NCBI GenBank assembly: GCA_965250285.1
Contig: OZ252299.1
Coordinates: 4,020,368 to 4,084,367 of the forward strand
Source: Myxococcota bacterium
GTDB lineage: Bacteria; Myxococcota_A; UBA9160; UBA4427
Direction of reading: 5' to 3'
DNA: 64,000 bases
In this document: one piece after another, positions 1 to 10,729 of the stretch
Layout: every line of letters begins with the position of its first letter
How positions within the stretch are numbered: position 1 is the stretch's first letter
Notes under the pieces: generated by a model
Seen by the model: the letters and a program-made list of their open reading frames with translations, nothing else
Told to the model about the DNA's origin: nothing
Database searches by the model: none
Made by a program: the position numbers and the translations under genes

Positions 1-445
1 GCGACTTGGCCACACCCCCGAGCTCCTGCTCGATCTCGGCCCGAGCCGCGCGGTTCTCGGTCATCTCGCCCTCGACCCCTTCGATCTCTTCGAGCAGTTC
101 GAGCTCGCGCGTCTCGAGCGTCGACTGCTCGGCTCGAATCCCCTCGATCTCTTCTTGCAGCGCGGCGAGGTCGCGCGCGGCCGTCACGGTGCCGCCGTAG
201 AGGGTGTCTTCGACGCCCTTTGCGCGCGCCGCGACGCCGGCGACCTCATCGGCGACGGCGTGCTCGCTGCGATCGATCTCGGCCCGGCGTTCGACGAGCT
301 TCGCGTGCGCGACGTCGGTGTCGGCGATGCGCGCCTCGATCTTGGCGTGCTGGGTGCGCTCGGGCAGATCGCGGCGTTGCGCGCGCAGCCGATCGCAGGT
401 GCGGTCGATTTCCTGAATCTCGAGCAGCGGTGCGAGCAGCCCCAT
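1..445 (-). CDS. Coiled-coil protein, COG1579/CT398-like zinc-ribbon family (N-terminal part; runs off window edge)
   Basis: Translated by hand, not in ORF track: MGLLAPLLEIQEIDRTCDRLRAQRRDLPE...LYGGTVTAARDLAALQEEIEGIR...ELELLEEIE. LxxLQxID start plus long coiled coil typical of the family; the zinc ribbon would lie outside the window. Confidence 0.75.
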   Translation of the reverse strand, partial: MGLLAPLLEIQEIDRTCDRLRAQRRDLPERTQHAKIEARIADTDVAHAKLVERRAEIDRSEHAVADEVAGVAARAKGVEDTLYGGTVTAARDLAALQEEIEGIRAEQSTLETRELELLEEIEGVEGEMTENRAARAEIEQELGGVAKS

Positions 446-597
446 GGCGTCAGGCTACCACGACCATCGCCGCCCTCGGCCCACCTCGCTGCCATCGGGG
501 CGGCTGCGGGCGCGGCCGGGGTGCTCTGGAGCGCGTGTGCCCGCTTGGACCCATCGCAGTAGAATGAGGTTCTGCGCCCGTTCGAGGGAGATCCCCG

Positions 598-1446
598 ATG
601 CCGCCCGCCCCGCCCGCCTCCGCCCCCGCCGCCTCGCCGCCCACTCTGCCCCAGGGTGTCGAGATCCAGCCCCGTCGTTTCGCGTTTCGTGAGCTCGGCG
701 CGATCCCCAAATACTGGTTCGGCGGCAACAAGATCGTGACGCACCTCGAGAACACCTTCTCGATCATGATTCCGCCGGGCGAACGCTTCTTCATCCAATC
801 GGTTCGCAACTATGCCGACCGCGTCGACGACCCCGAGCTGCGCCAGCACGTGCAGGCCTTCATCCAGCAAGAAGGCCATCACGTTCGCGCGCACAACGCC
901 TTCAACGCCCATCTCGGCGAGCACGGAATCGACGTCGCACGCGAAGAGGCCTACGCGGCGAAGGTCTTCGAGCGCGCAAGCCGCTGGCTGCCCAAGCGGA
1001 TCCAGCTCGGCATCACGGTCTTCTTCGAGCACCTGACGGCGACGGGCGCGCACGTACTCTTCGCCGAGCCGAAGCTCGCCGACCTGATGCATCCCGAGGC
1101 GCTGCGCTTCTGGCGCTGGCATGCCGCCGAGGAGCTCGAGCACAAGGCCGTGGCCTTCGACGTGCTGCGCGCCGTCGGCGGCGGCTATTGGACTCGGATG
1201 CTCTCGACCGTGATCGGCCTGCTCTGCTTCGGCCCGCCCTTCGCCATCATGGCGCGGCGCATGATCAAGGCCGACCCCGAGCCGACCACGCGCGCCATGC
1301 GCATCCAGGCGCGCGAGATCGAGACGCTCTCGCGCGATGCCCAGGCCGAGCTGCTGAAGGCGTGGTTCGATCGCAGCTTCCATCCGTGGAACCAGGACGA
1401 CCAATCGCACGTCGCCGCGTTCTACGCCGCGCCCGAGATCGCGTAG
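598..1446 (+). CDS. Predicted metal-dependent hydrolase (Metal_hydrol family)
   Basis: PPGERFFIQSVR, FIQQEGHHVRAH, EHLTA and WHAAEELEHKAVAFD motifs; GAGGGAG RBS. Confidence 0.85.
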   Translation: MPPAPPASAPAASPPTLPQGVEIQPRRFAFRELGAIPKYWFGGNKIVTHLENTFSIMIPPGERFFIQSVRNYADRVDDPELRQHVQAFIQQEGHHVRAHNAFNAHLGEHGIDVAREEAYAAKVFERASRWLPKRIQLGITVFFEHLTATGAHVLFAEPKLADLMHPEALRFWRWHAAEELEHKAVAFDVLRAVGGGYWTRMLSTVIGLLCFGPPFAIMARRMIKADPEPTTRAMRIQAREIETLSRDAQAELLKAWFDRSFHPWNQDDQSHVAAFYAAPEIA

Positions 1447-1454
1447 GCGGCCGC

Positions 1455-2249
1455 ATGCGGCTCGCCGACAAGATCGCCGTCGTCGTCGGCGGCGGACAGA
1501 CGCCTGGCGACGAGATCGGCAACGGCCGCGCCACCGCGCTGCTCTTCGCGCGCGAAGGCGCGCGCGTCGTCGTCGTCGACCGCGACGAGACCTCGGCGCA
1601 AGAGACGTGCGCGCAGGTCGAAGACGAGGGCCTCGAAGCGAAGCCGGTGTGCGCCGACATCACGAGCGATGCCGACTGCGCACGCGTGATCGAGACCTGC
1701 ATTCGCGCATACGGTCGCATCGACGTGCTCCACAACAATGTGGGGATCGGGACGGGAGACGCCAGCGCGACGTCGATCTCGGAGGAGGCCTTCGATCGCA
1801 TCCTCGACGTCAATCTCAAGGGCGCCTGGCGGATGTCGCGCCACGCGCTGCCGCACATGCGCGACCAGCAGAGCGGCTCGATCGTCCACATCTCTTCGAT
1901 CGCGGCCATCTGCTCGGCCCCGATGTTCGCGTACAAGGTCTCGAAGGCGGCGATGAACGCGATGACCCACGCGCTCGCCATGGGCAACGCCCAGCACGGC
2001 ATTCGCGTGAACGCGATCATGCCGGGCCTGATGAACACGCCCATGGCCATCGAGGGTGTGTCGAAGGCCCTCGGCATCGACAAGCCGAAGCTCGTCGCCG
2101 CCCGCGATGCGCAGGTCCCCCTCGGCCAGAAGATGGGCACGGCGTGGGATGTCGCCTACGCCGCGCTCTACCTCGCGAGCGACGAATCGCGCTTCGTGAC
2201 GGGCGTTCTGCTGCCCGTCGATGGCGGTCAGAGCGCACGCATCGGCTGA
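1455..2249 (+). CDS. Short-chain dehydrogenase/reductase
   Basis: GGG...IGNGRA Rossmann start, HNNVGI, YxxSK (YKVSK), VDGG end; start reset to MRLADK. Confidence 0.92.
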   Translation: MRLADKIAVVVGGGQTPGDEIGNGRATALLFAREGARVVVVDRDETSAQETCAQVEDEGLEAKPVCADITSDADCARVIETCIRAYGRIDVLHNNVGIGTGDASATSISEEAFDRILDVNLKGAWRMSRHALPHMRDQQSGSIVHISSIAAICSAPMFAYKVSKAAMNAMTHALAMGNAQHGIRVNAIMPGLMNTPMAIEGVSKALGIDKPKLVAARDAQVPLGQKMGTAWDVAYAALYLASDESRFVTGVLLPVDGGQSARIG

Positions 2250-2334
2250 ATCGACCGGCGATCGCTCGCGAATCAGAACCAGCCCGGCCGGCCCGAAGGG
2301 CCTACCGTCTTTGTGTTTCGATCCCGGAGGTCGC

Positions 2335-4590
2335 ATGCGCCGCGCACTCGTCTCGATTCTCGCACTCGCGGCGATCATCGTCGGCTTCGGCTACGTGGTG
2401 AGCCTGGGCTTCTTCGGCGAGCCCCAGACCGGAGGCGTCGTCACCGACCGCGCGCGTGACGAGGCGATCGTCGCTGCGAAAGAGTCGTCGCAGGCCGAAG
2501 CGCGGGCGCTGCTCGAGGTGCCGGGCGAGACGCAGATCCTCTTCGGCGACCTGCATGCGCACACGACGTTCTCGTTCGACGCCTACAGCATCAGCCTGCC
2601 CATGAATCAGGGCGAAGGCGCGCACCCGCCTGCCGATGCGTGTGACTTCGCGCGGTTCTGCGCGGGGCTCGACTTCTGGTCGATCAACGACCACGCCGAG
2701 AGCCTGACCGCGCGCAACTGGGAAGAGACGCGCGAGATGGTGCGCTCGTGCAACGCCGCCGCGGGCGACCCCGCGGACCCCGACATGGTGACGTTCCTCG
2801 GCTGGGAGTGGACGCAGATCGGCAACACGCCCGACGATCACTACGGCCACAAGAACGTGATCCTGCGCGACACGAGCGACGACGTCGTGCCGGCCCGCCC
2901 CATCGCGTCGCGCGCGCAGCTCTTCCCCGGCGACGCGAATCCCTACAACGCGGTGATGCGTCTCGGGCTCATCGCGGGCGCGCCGGGGGGGCAGGGGCGC
3001 CAGCCGTACAACGACTTCGCGCTCTACCTCGAAGAGCGCCGCGATCGCATCCCCTGCGCGTCCGGCGTACCGGAACGCGAGCTGCCCTCCGACTGTCAGG
3101 AGAGCGCGGCGACGCCCACCGAGCTGTTCGCCAAGATGGACGACTGGGGCTTCCCGTACATGGTGATCCCCCACGGCAATACCTGGGGCTTCTACACGCC
3201 GCCCGGGACGACCTGGGACAAGCAGCTTGCGGCGCACGTCGAGCCCGATCGGCACGAGCCGTTGATCGAGGTCTTCTCGGGGCACGGCAACATCGAGAAC
3301 TATCGACCGTGGCGCGCGATCGTGACCGACGCGAGCGGGGAGCCGAGATGTCCGGCGCCGAGCGCGGGCTATACGCCCGAGTGCTGGCAGGCCGGCGAGA
3401 TCATCCGTGCGCGCTGCGTCGTCGAAGGCGCGAGCCCCGACGAGTGCGACGCGCGTGCGGCCGATGCGCGGCGCCAGCACGTCAAGCTCGGCGGCAGCAT
3501 CGGGTACCTCACGGTGCCCGGCAGCAGCGTCGCGGAGTGGCTCGACGCGGGTCAGTGCACCGACTGCTACATGCCCGCGTACAACTACCGACCCGGGGGC
3601 TCGGTGCAGTACGCGCTCGCGATTCGCGACTTCGGGCCAGGCGACGACGCCACGCAGGCGAAGCGGTTCCGCTTCGGACTCATCGGCTCGAGCGACGTGC
3701 ACACCGCGAGACCCGGCACCGGCTACAAGGAGGTCGATCGCATGTCGATGACCGACTCGGCGCTCGGCATGCTGGGACCACCGCCGATCCTGCGCACCTC
3801 GCAGGACCCCGTCGCAACCGCGACGCCGGCCGACGAAGTGCCGAATCTCGGGCCCTTCTTCGAGCGCTTCTCGTCTTTCTTCGGGGCAGGTGGCCTCGTC
3901 GCGGTGCACAGCACGGGTCGGGACCGCGACTCGATCTGGCAGGCCCTCGATCGCAAACAGGTGTACGGGACGAGCGGCGAGCGGATCCTGCTCTGGTTCG
4001 ATCTCGTCGATGCCGCGACCGGCGAGCGCCAGCCGATGGGCAGCAGCGTCGAGCGCACCGAAGCGCCGACCTTCGAAGTGCGTGCGCTCGGCGCGTTCGT
4101 GCAGCAGCCCGGCTGCCCCGACGATGCCACCCTGGCCCTCGGCGCAGAGCGGCTCGAACGCGTCTGCCGCGGCGAGTGCGACCACCCGAGCGACCAGCGA
4201 AAGCGCATCGACCGGTTCGAGGTGGTGCGCATCCGCCCCCAGGTCGAGCCGTCTGAGCCCGTTGCCGAGCTGGTCGAAGACCCGTGGCTCGTCTTGCCGT
4301 GTCCGGCCGGGACCTATGGCTGCGTCGCGACGTTCAGCGACCCCGAGTTCGTGTCGTCGGGCCGTGACGCGGTCTACTACGTGCGCGCGATCGAAGAGGC
4401 GACGCCGACGATCAACGGCGACGGGCTGCGCTGCACCGAAGACGAGAGCGGCGCCTGCGTCGCGGTGAATCCGTGCTTCGCCCGCGAGCCGACAGCGCGC
4501 GACGACGATTGCCTGGCCGAGGCGGAAGAACGCGCGTGGTCGTCGCCGATCTTCGTCGACCAGGCCCGAGGCCGACCCGCGAGCGGCTGA
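2335..4590 (+). CDS. DUF3604 family membrane-anchored PHP-like metallohydrolase
   Basis: N-terminal TM, FGDLHAHTTFSFDA, NDHAE, GWEWT, IPHG, GSSDVH, YGTSGERI, YYVRAIE and ERAWSSPIF; GGAGG before ATG 2335. Confidence 0.85.
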   Translation: MRRALVSILALAAIIVGFGYVVSLGFFGEPQTGGVVTDRARDEAIVAAKESSQAEARALLEVPGETQILFGDLHAHTTFSFDAYSISLPMNQGEGAHPPADACDFARFCAGLDFWSINDHAESLTARNWEETREMVRSCNAAAGDPADPDMVTFLGWEWTQIGNTPDDHYGHKNVILRDTSDDVVPARPIASRAQLFPGDANPYNAVMRLGLIAGAPGGQGRQPYNDFALYLEERRDRIPCASGVPERELPSDCQESAATPTELFAKMDDWGFPYMVIPHGNTWGFYTPPGTTWDKQLAAHVEPDRHEPLIEVFSGHGNIENYRPWRAIVTDASGEPRCPAPSAGYTPECWQAGEIIRARCVVEGASPDECDARAADARRQHVKLGGSIGYLTVPGSSVAEWLDAGQCTDCYMPAYNYRPGGSVQYALAIRDFGPGDDATQAKRFRFGLIGSSDVHTARPGTGYKEVDRMSMTDSALGMLGPPPILRTSQDPVATATPADEVPNLGPFFERFSSFFGAGGLVAVHSTGRDRDSIWQALDRKQVYGTSGERILLWFDLVDAATGERQPMGSSVERTEAPTFEVRALGAFVQQPGCPDDATLALGAERLERVCRGECDHPSDQRKRIDRFEVVRIRPQVEPSEPVAELVEDPWLVLPCPAGTYGCVATFSDPEFVSSGRDAVYYVRAIEEATPTINGDGLRCTEDESGACVAVNPCFAREPTARDDDCLAEAEERAWSSPIFVDQARGRPASG

Positions 4591-4593
4591 GGC

Positions 4594-4685
4594 ACCCGTC
4601 GGCGGCGCTTTTCAAGACCCGCCGGCAGCGCTTTTCAAGACCCGCCGGCGGCGCTCTTCAAGACCCGCCGGCAGCGCCGCTCAAG
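4594..4685. repeat. Tandem repeat, 4 x 23 bp (ACCCGCCGGCRGCGCTTTTCAAG)
   Basis: Units start at 4594, 4617, 4640 and 4663; contiguous, no spacers. Confidence 0.95.
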
Positions 4686-4828
4686 CCCCACCGCACGGGC
4701 GCCGATCCAGATCGAAGCGGGTATGCTCCCGCGCTCCCCGAAGCGGCCGCGTCGCCGCCCCCTTGCGGTCCGTGCGCTCCGCGCTCGACTCGGCCGCACG
4801 AAGCCCCGGCCGGAACCAACCGAACCCC

Positions 4829-5458
4829 ATGCCCGTGCGCCCCCGCTCGACCCTGCCCGCCTTCGTGTTCGCACTTGCGCTCGTCTGCGCGGGGACGGCG
4901 ACGGCGCAGGTCGCGCCTTCCGCCGACTCGAAAGCTGGGGAGGAGTACGTGCGCGAGCGCGGCTTCAGCGTGTCGCTCGGCTACGCGCACGCGATCCAGA
5001 ACGTGAGACACCCCGATGAGGCTGATGTCACCGAACCCCAGATGCTGGTGATGTCTGCGCAGCTCTTCGCCGAGCTTGCCGACTGGCGAAGATCGGGCCG
5101 GCACGGTGGCTCGGCCCTCGACATCGTGCTCGAGCCCCAGCTGCTCGTGAACTTCTCGCCTTCGGCAGGCTTCGCCGGCGCCGTCACCGCCGGGTTCCGC
5201 TGGCGCTTCCTCCGCAATGCAGGCTGGCAGCCGTTTCTCGTCGGCGTGGCGGGCATCGGCGGCACCGACTTCGACCTGGTCTATCAGGACGACGGTTTTC
5301 AGTTCTGGCTCGAAGGCGGGATCGGCGTGCGTCGTCCGCTCGCATCGGGACGATCGCTGCTCTTCGAGACGCGCTTCCATCACATTTCGAACGCAGGTAC
5401 GCATCCGCCGAATCTCGGCATCGACTCGGTGCTGTTCACGGTCGGCGTCGAGTTCTAG
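4829..5458 (+). CDS. Acyloxyacyl hydrolase / PagL-like outer-membrane beta-barrel
   Basis: Signal peptide, alternating beta-strands, RFHHISNAG..PNLG motif, terminal Phe. Confidence 0.8.
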   Translation: MPVRPRSTLPAFVFALALVCAGTATAQVAPSADSKAGEEYVRERGFSVSLGYAHAIQNVRHPDEADVTEPQMLVMSAQLFAELADWRRSGRHGGSALDIVLEPQLLVNFSPSAGFAGAVTAGFRWRFLRNAGWQPFLVGVAGIGGTDFDLVYQDDGFQFWLEGGIGVRRPLASGRSLLFETRFHHISNAGTHPPNLGIDSVLFTVGVEF

Positions 5459-5515
5459 CCGAGCCGTGTCGTTCCCGATGCGCTCCTTCCGACGGCCACG
5501 GCGGCGGACGAAACC

Positions 5516-6961
5516 TCAGCCCGCGCAGACGCCGGGCTTGCGTTCGCCCCAGCGCACCTCGGCTTCGAGCTGGCTCGCCACCCGAAGCAGCAGGTCTTCG
5601 CGCCCCATGGCCGCGACCAGCTGGACGCCGATCGGCAGCCCCGCCGCGTTCCAGTGCAGCGGCAGCGAGATAGCCGGCTGGCCCGTCACGTTGAACGGAA
5701 TCGCGAACGGCAGCAGGCTGCCCGAGCGCATGAACGCATCCATCGGGTTGGCGGGGTCGGGGATCATCTCACCGACCCGCGGCGGCGGGGCGGCGATCAT
5801 CGGCGTGACCAGCAGGTCGAAGCCGCCGGCCCACCACGCGGCCATGGCGCGCTGATAGGCCTGGTAGGCCTGCATGGCGGCGAGGTACTGGGTGCCGGTG
5901 ACCTGCTGACCGATCTCGGTCACGGCCCAGTTGCTCGCGTCGAGGTCTTTCGGCCCGAGCGTACGCCCGATGAGCTGACCGAAGTCTTCGACGGCCCGCG
6001 CCTGGTAGCACGAGATCACGTTCAGGGTATGCGGCAACAGCTCGGCCGAGGTGACCGGCGCAGGATGCGATGCCTCGACGTGATGCCCGAGCCCCTCGAG
6101 CAGCCGGCCGGCGGCCTCGGCCGCCTCGGCACAGTCGGCATGCACCGGCATCTCTTCGTGGTGTGCGAGGACGCCGACCCGCAGTACGCCGGGATCGACC
6201 CCGACCTCCTCGACGTACGGACGCGCTGGCGCGGCGACGCCGTACGGATCGCCCGGCATCGGCCCGTGTACCGCATCGAGCAGGCCGGCCACGTCGCGCA
6301 TGCTGCGCGCGACCACGAACTCGAAGATCATGCCCGCCCATGACTCGCCCACGTCGGGACCGAGCGAGATGCGCGCTCGCGAAGGCTTGAGGCCGACGAT
6401 CCCGCACTGACTCGAGGGATTTCGGATCGATCCCCCGCCGTCGCTCGCGTGGGCCGCCGGGACGATGCGCGCCGCGACGGCCGAGGCCGCCCCTCCGCTC
6501 GAGCCGCCGCTCGAGTGATCGGTGTTCCACGGGTTGCGACACGGGCCGTAGGCCTCTGACTCGGTGACCGACCACGCGCCGAGCTCGGGGACGTTCGTTC
6601 GACCGACGTCGACCAGCCCTGCGGCGAGGAATTTCTCCACGAGGTACGAGGTCGAGGGGGCCGTGTAGCCCGCTTCTTTCAAGAAGCGGGCGCCCCAGTG
6701 GTGGGGGTCGCCGGCGCGATTGCCGCCGCCGAGATCCTTCAACAGGAACGGCACGCCTTGGAACGGTCCGGCCGGCAGTGCGCTCGCCGCCTCGGCCCGC
6801 GCCCGCTCGTCGTGGCGGTGGATCACGGCGTTGAGCTGCGGGTTCAGCCCGTCGATCAGACCGATCGCGCAGTCGACGACCTCGGCCGGCGTCACCTGCT
6901 TCGACGCGATCAGCTCGGCCAGTCCCGTGGCATCGTGCTCGGCGTACTCCGAGGGCTTCAT
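5516..6961 (-). CDS. Amidase signature family enzyme
   Basis: [36 protein letters not shown]. Confidence 0.95.
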   Translation of the reverse strand: MKPSEYAEHDATGLAELIASKQVTPAEVVDCAIGLIDGLNPQLNAVIHRHDERARAEAASALPAGPFQGVPFLLKDLGGGNRAGDPHHWGARFLKEAGYTAPSTSYLVEKFLAAGLVDVGRTNVPELGAWSVTESEAYGPCRNPWNTDHSSGGSSGGAASAVAARIVPAAHASDGGGSIRNPSSQCGIVGLKPSRARISLGPDVGESWAGMIFEFVVARSMRDVAGLLDAVHGPMPGDPYGVAAPARPYVEEVGVDPGVLRVGVLAHHEEMPVHADCAEAAEAAGRLLEGLGHHVEASHPAPVTSAELLPHTLNVISCYQARAVEDFGQLIGRTLGPKDLDASNWAVTEIGQQVTGTQYLAAMQAYQAYQRAMAAWWAGGFDLLVTPMIAAPPPRVGEMIPDPANPMDAFMRSGSLLPFAIPFNVTGQPAISLPLHWNAAGLPIGVQLVAAMGREDLLLRVASQLEAEVRWGERKPGVCAG

Positions 6962-7133
6962 GCGATCTCCTCTTCGGTGTCGTGGGTCGCGGGGCCGCGG
7001 CCATCACGCCCCTGAGGCCCTGCACCGGTCGTCGTGCGCGCGTGCGCCGATCATGACGGCTGCACCTGCAGCCCTTCGACCCAACACCTCGAAGCGTACC
7101 CAGCGCCAGCGGGTTCTGCCCAACCCGTCGAAT

Positions 7134-8003
7134 TCAAGCCTCGGCTCGGCCGCGAGCCCGGCGCAGCCGATCGGCCCCCGCCTTGATGCGACCGGCCGCC
7201 TCGACGTGCGGCCGGCCCTGCAGCTCGCTCGAGATCACCTCGTAGCTGAGCGGCGCACGGCAGCCGCTCGCGTCGAGGATGTCGAGCACGTGGGCAATGT
7301 CGAAGGCGCCCTCGCCGCAGGGTCGCCGGTGCTCGAGGCAATCCGCGAAGTAGTCCTGCTCGGGGTCTTCCGGCTCGAGTGCGCCGTCGCTCAGCTGCAC
7401 CGAGACGATTCGGTCCCCGGGCAGGGCGCGGAGCTGCGCGTCGTCGCGCGCGCCGCGAAAATGATGCCAGACGTCGACGCAGACCCCGCCATTGTCTCGA
7501 TCGGCGGCTTCGACGATCGCGAGCGCCGTCTTCGCGTCGGGCACGTCGTTCGGGGGCAGAAACTCGATCGCGACGCGAAGCCCCACCTCTGCCGCCCGGT
7601 CGCAGACGCGCGCGAACGCGCGCCCGGCGGCGTCGATCGACGTATCGACGGGCCCGGTGACCTGCAGATGGCGGGCGCCGAACACGTCGGCCATGTGGCA
7701 GGCGGTTTCGAGGTGGTGATCGGCGACGGGTCGCAGCGGCGCGCCCTCGGGCGCGGCCCAGCCCAGCAGGGCTTCGATTTCGACGAGCGCGAGCCCACGC
7801 TGATCGAGCGCAGCCTTCAGCTCGGCGTCGCTGCGCCCCGACTCGACGAGCTCGAGATACTGGTGCAGCAGCATTCCAACACCCTCGAAGCCCGCCTCGC
7901 GTGCGGCGTCGAGGCGTTCATCGAACGTGGCGTGGCGCAGGCTGAAGAACGAGAGCACGTCGTCCCGGGCATCGAACGAGCGCGGATCACGCGTGGTCGC
8001 CAC
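7134..8003 (-). CDS. Sugar phosphate isomerase/epimerase (xylose isomerase-like TIM barrel)
   Basis: AAREAGFEGV, VAIEF, DVWH, VQLSD, GEGAFD; GTG start after GGAGGGAGG. Confidence 0.8.
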   Translation of the reverse strand: MATTRDPRSFDARDDVLSFFSLRHATFDERLDAAREAGFEGVGMLLHQYLELVESGRSDAELKAALDQRGLALVEIEALLGWAAPEGAPLRPVADHHLETACHMADVFGARHLQVTGPVDTSIDAAGRAFARVCDRAAEVGLRVAIEFLPPNDVPDAKTALAIVEAADRDNGGVCVDVWHHFRGARDDAQLRALPGDRIVSVQLSDGALEPEDPEQDYFADCLEHRRPCGEGAFDIAHVLDILDASGCRAPLSYEVISSELQGRPHVEAAGRIKAGADRLRRARGRAEA

Positions 8004-8175
8004 GGCCTCCCTCCGGCGCATTGGCGGCCCACTCGACCGCCATCCGCTGCGGCCGCCAACGGTACCCGGCGCCGCCCCACGCCGCCGCGCGAATCGGAGA
8101 CTCGATCGACCTGATCGGCCACACCGAAGTGCGATACGAATTGGGGCTCGGCCGTGACGGCTACGGAGGCCCCCC

Positions 8176-9342
8176 ATGGTGTACCGCCCCTCCCGCGGCG
8201 ATGGTCCGCGCCGGCACGGCGACGGCGTACCCCAGCTGCCGGGGATCCCGCCCTCGAACCTCGACGCCAGCGCATATACCGACCCCGCGCGGTACGAGCT
8301 CGAGCGCACGCGCGTCCTGCGTCACAGCTGGCTCGTCGGCGGTCGCAGTGAAGAGATTCCGAACGCGGGCGATCACGTGCTCTATGAAGGGCACGGCGAG
8401 ACCGTCGCGATCGTTCGCCAAGGCGATGGGAGCGTGCGCGCGTTTCACAACGTGTGTCAGCACCGCGGCGCGCGCATCGTCCACGAGCCGCGTGGCGAAG
8501 GCGCGCACGCCTTCACGTGTCCGTGGCACGGCTGGGTCTACGGCCGAGACGGCGCGCTTCGTGGCGTGCCCGACCGAAGCGACTTTGCGAAGGCGCAGCT
8601 CGAGGGGCTCTGCGCCCCGCCGGTGGCGGTCGAGGAGTGGGGCGGATGGCTCTGGATCTTCCTCGCTGGCCCTGACGCGGCACCGCCCTTCGTCGAGTCA
8701 CTCGGGCCGATCGGCGACGAACTCGCGCGCTATCGCATGGAGGACATGGTCGTGCTCGAGAAGTGCGCGTACGACCTGCCGTGCAACTACAAGGCGATCG
8801 TCGATGGCTTCAACGAGACGTACCACATCGAGGAGACGCACAAGGTGCCGAAGTCGACGGTCACCGCTTCGCGTGAGACGTCGTACGCGGTCTTCGGCCC
8901 GCACTCGATGATGGTGGTCCCGCTCGACCCGGTGAGCCTCGAGCAGCTTCGTGCCGACGGCGACCACTTCGAACACGCCACTTGCCACTACGTCGTGTTT
9001 CCGACCGCGGTGTTCAACAACCTGCCCGAACATCTTCAACTCTTTCAGCCGATCCCGACCGGACCCCACTCGACGCGCTTCGTCTGCTGGGAGCTGATGT
9101 ACGCCGATGGCGGCGAGGCGTACGAGGAGCGGGTCGGCAACTGGTGGCACCAGATCTTGAAACCGATCGTCGAGCAGGACGTCTTCGTCTTCGAGCAGCT
9201 CGCGAAGACGCGCGATTCGATGGGCTACACGGCGAACCGCTTCAACGATCGCGAGTGCAAGCCCACGGCGTACCACGAAGAGATGGCGCGGCGGGTGGGC
9301 GACGACCTCGCGCCTCGTCGCATCGAGAAGGAGACCTCATGA
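8176..9342 (+). CDS. Rieske non-heme iron oxygenase alpha subunit
   Basis: CQHRG...CPWHGW Rieske ligands; NETYH...H mononuclear Fe motif. Confidence 0.93.
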   Translation: MVYRPSRGDGPRRHGDGVPQLPGIPPSNLDASAYTDPARYELERTRVLRHSWLVGGRSEEIPNAGDHVLYEGHGETVAIVRQGDGSVRAFHNVCQHRGARIVHEPRGEGAHAFTCPWHGWVYGRDGALRGVPDRSDFAKAQLEGLCAPPVAVEEWGGWLWIFLAGPDAAPPFVESLGPIGDELARYRMEDMVVLEKCAYDLPCNYKAIVDGFNETYHIEETHKVPKSTVTASRETSYAVFGPHSMMVVPLDPVSLEQLRADGDHFEHATCHYVVFPTAVFNNLPEHLQLFQPIPTGPHSTRFVCWELMYADGGEAYEERVGNWWHQILKPIVEQDVFVFEQLAKTRDSMGYTANRFNDRECKPTAYHEEMARRVGDDLAPRRIEKETS

Positions 9343-9758
9343 ACACGGATGCACACGGCCTGGCCGATCGACTCGCCATCTCGGACGTCATGGCCCGGTA
9401 CGCGCGCCACGTCGACGATCGCGACTACGACCGCTTTCGCAGCCTCTTCGACGAGAAGCTCGAGGCCGAGGGCTTCGGGCCCGAAACGCTCGTCGGGCCC
9501 GATGCCTGGATCGATTTCGTTCGGACGGCCCTGTCGGCCTTCGGTCGCACGCAGCACATGCTGGGCCCGGTGCTCGCCGAGGTCGAGGGCGACCGAGCGC
9601 GTGCGCAGACCGACCTGCAGGCGATCCACGTCCATCAGCCTCCCAAGACCGGCCTCTTCATCGTCTGGGGGACCTACCGGACAGAGATGGCCCGGTTCGA
9701 GGAAGGGTGGAAGATCGTGCGCCACCGGCTCGACATCGCGCACGTTGGCGACGGTTGA
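9339..9758 (+). CDS. SnoaL-like / NTF2 family protein
   Basis: DRLAISDVMARYARHVD, TQHM, GWKIVR; ATGA overlap with the Rieske gene. Confidence 0.85.
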   Translation: MNTDAHGLADRLAISDVMARYARHVDDRDYDRFRSLFDEKLEAEGFGPETLVGPDAWIDFVRTALSAFGRTQHMLGPVLAEVEGDRARAQTDLQAIHVHQPPKTGLFIVWGTYRTEMARFEEGWKIVRHRLDIAHVGDG

Positions 9759-9782
9759 TGCGACCCGCGCCGCGACGGGCCC

Positions 9783-10685
9783 TCAGCTGCGGGCACGCCC
9801 CGGTGCATCGACCTCTTCGAGGATCAGCCGCGCGACCACGTCGGGGACCTGCATCGGCAAGAAGTGCGTGAGATCTTCGAAGTGGATCTCCTGCGCGTTC
9901 GGGAACTCGGCCACGAGGCCCGGCCACGTCGGCGACGCCGAAAAATCCATCACGTCGCGATCGGGGTCGGGTCGCTTGGCGCGGAGGATCAACACCGGCA
10001 GCTCAAGCGAACGCACGCTGTCGTAGACCCCCGCGTTGGTGCGGCTCGTCATGTAGATCGCCGCTTCGAACTCGGGCGGGCAGGCCAGTTCGTAGCCCTC
10101 GCCCGAAGGCACCGGCCGCAGCCCGAAGCGGCAATACGCATCGAGCGCCTCGGGCACGAAGACGTCGTAGGGCTTTCGATCTCGAAACCGGTCGATCATC
10201 GCCTCGGGCGAATCGAAGAAGCGCTTGCGCTTCGACGTCGGATGCGGCGCGCCGGACAGCTTCGAGATCGTCCACCCGCCCGTCTGGTAGTCGTCCGCTG
10301 AAGCGATCACCGGATCGATCAGCACGAGGTTGCGAAATCGGCTGCGCTCGGCCGCAGCGGCGTCGACGAGAGCGTGGGCCCCCATCGAGTGCCCGACACC
10401 GACCAGATCGACGAGATCGAGGGCCTCGACGAACGCGGCGAGATCGGCTCCGAAGACGTTCCAGTGGTCGAAGCTACGCGGTTCGCTCCGCCCGTGGCAC
10501 CGCTGGTCGACGGCCACGATGTGGCGGGCGCCGAGCCGAGACACGACGGCATCCCAGCACCTCGCGTGGAACCCCGTCGCATGGACGAGGAGCAGGGTCG
10601 GCCCGCTGCCCCGATGCTCGGCCCCCCACTCGAAGTACGCCTGTTCGAGGCGGCCCGTGGCGATGCGATGTTCGGTCGGCTCCAT
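9783..10685 (-). CDS. Alpha/beta hydrolase
   Basis: HATGF, DQRCHGRS, GHSMG nucleophile elbow, THFLPM. Confidence 0.9.
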   Translation of the reverse strand: MEPTEHRIATGRLEQAYFEWGAEHRGSGPTLLLVHATGFHARCWDAVVSRLGARHIVAVDQRCHGRSEPRSFDHWNVFGADLAAFVEALDLVDLVGVGHSMGAHALVDAAAAERSRFRNLVLIDPVIASADDYQTGGWTISKLSGAPHPTSKRKRFFDSPEAMIDRFRDRKPYDVFVPEALDAYCRFGLRPVPSGEGYELACPPEFEAAIYMTSRTNAGVYDSVRSLELPVLILRAKRPDPDRDVMDFSASPTWPGLVAEFPNAQEIHFEDLTHFLPMQVPDVVARLILEEVDAPGRARS

Positions 10686-10729
10686 CGCCGCTTCGGTCTC
10701 CCCGCGAATCGGATGACGGGCGCGCGCGG

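Noticed and set aside
560-574. KstR-like operator TAGAATGAGGTTCTG
   Set aside because: Spacing differs from TnnAACnnGTTnnA; it may simply be a TAGAAT -10 box.
4594-4685. CRISPR array
   Set aside because: Repeats are contiguous with no spacers, and there are no cas genes.
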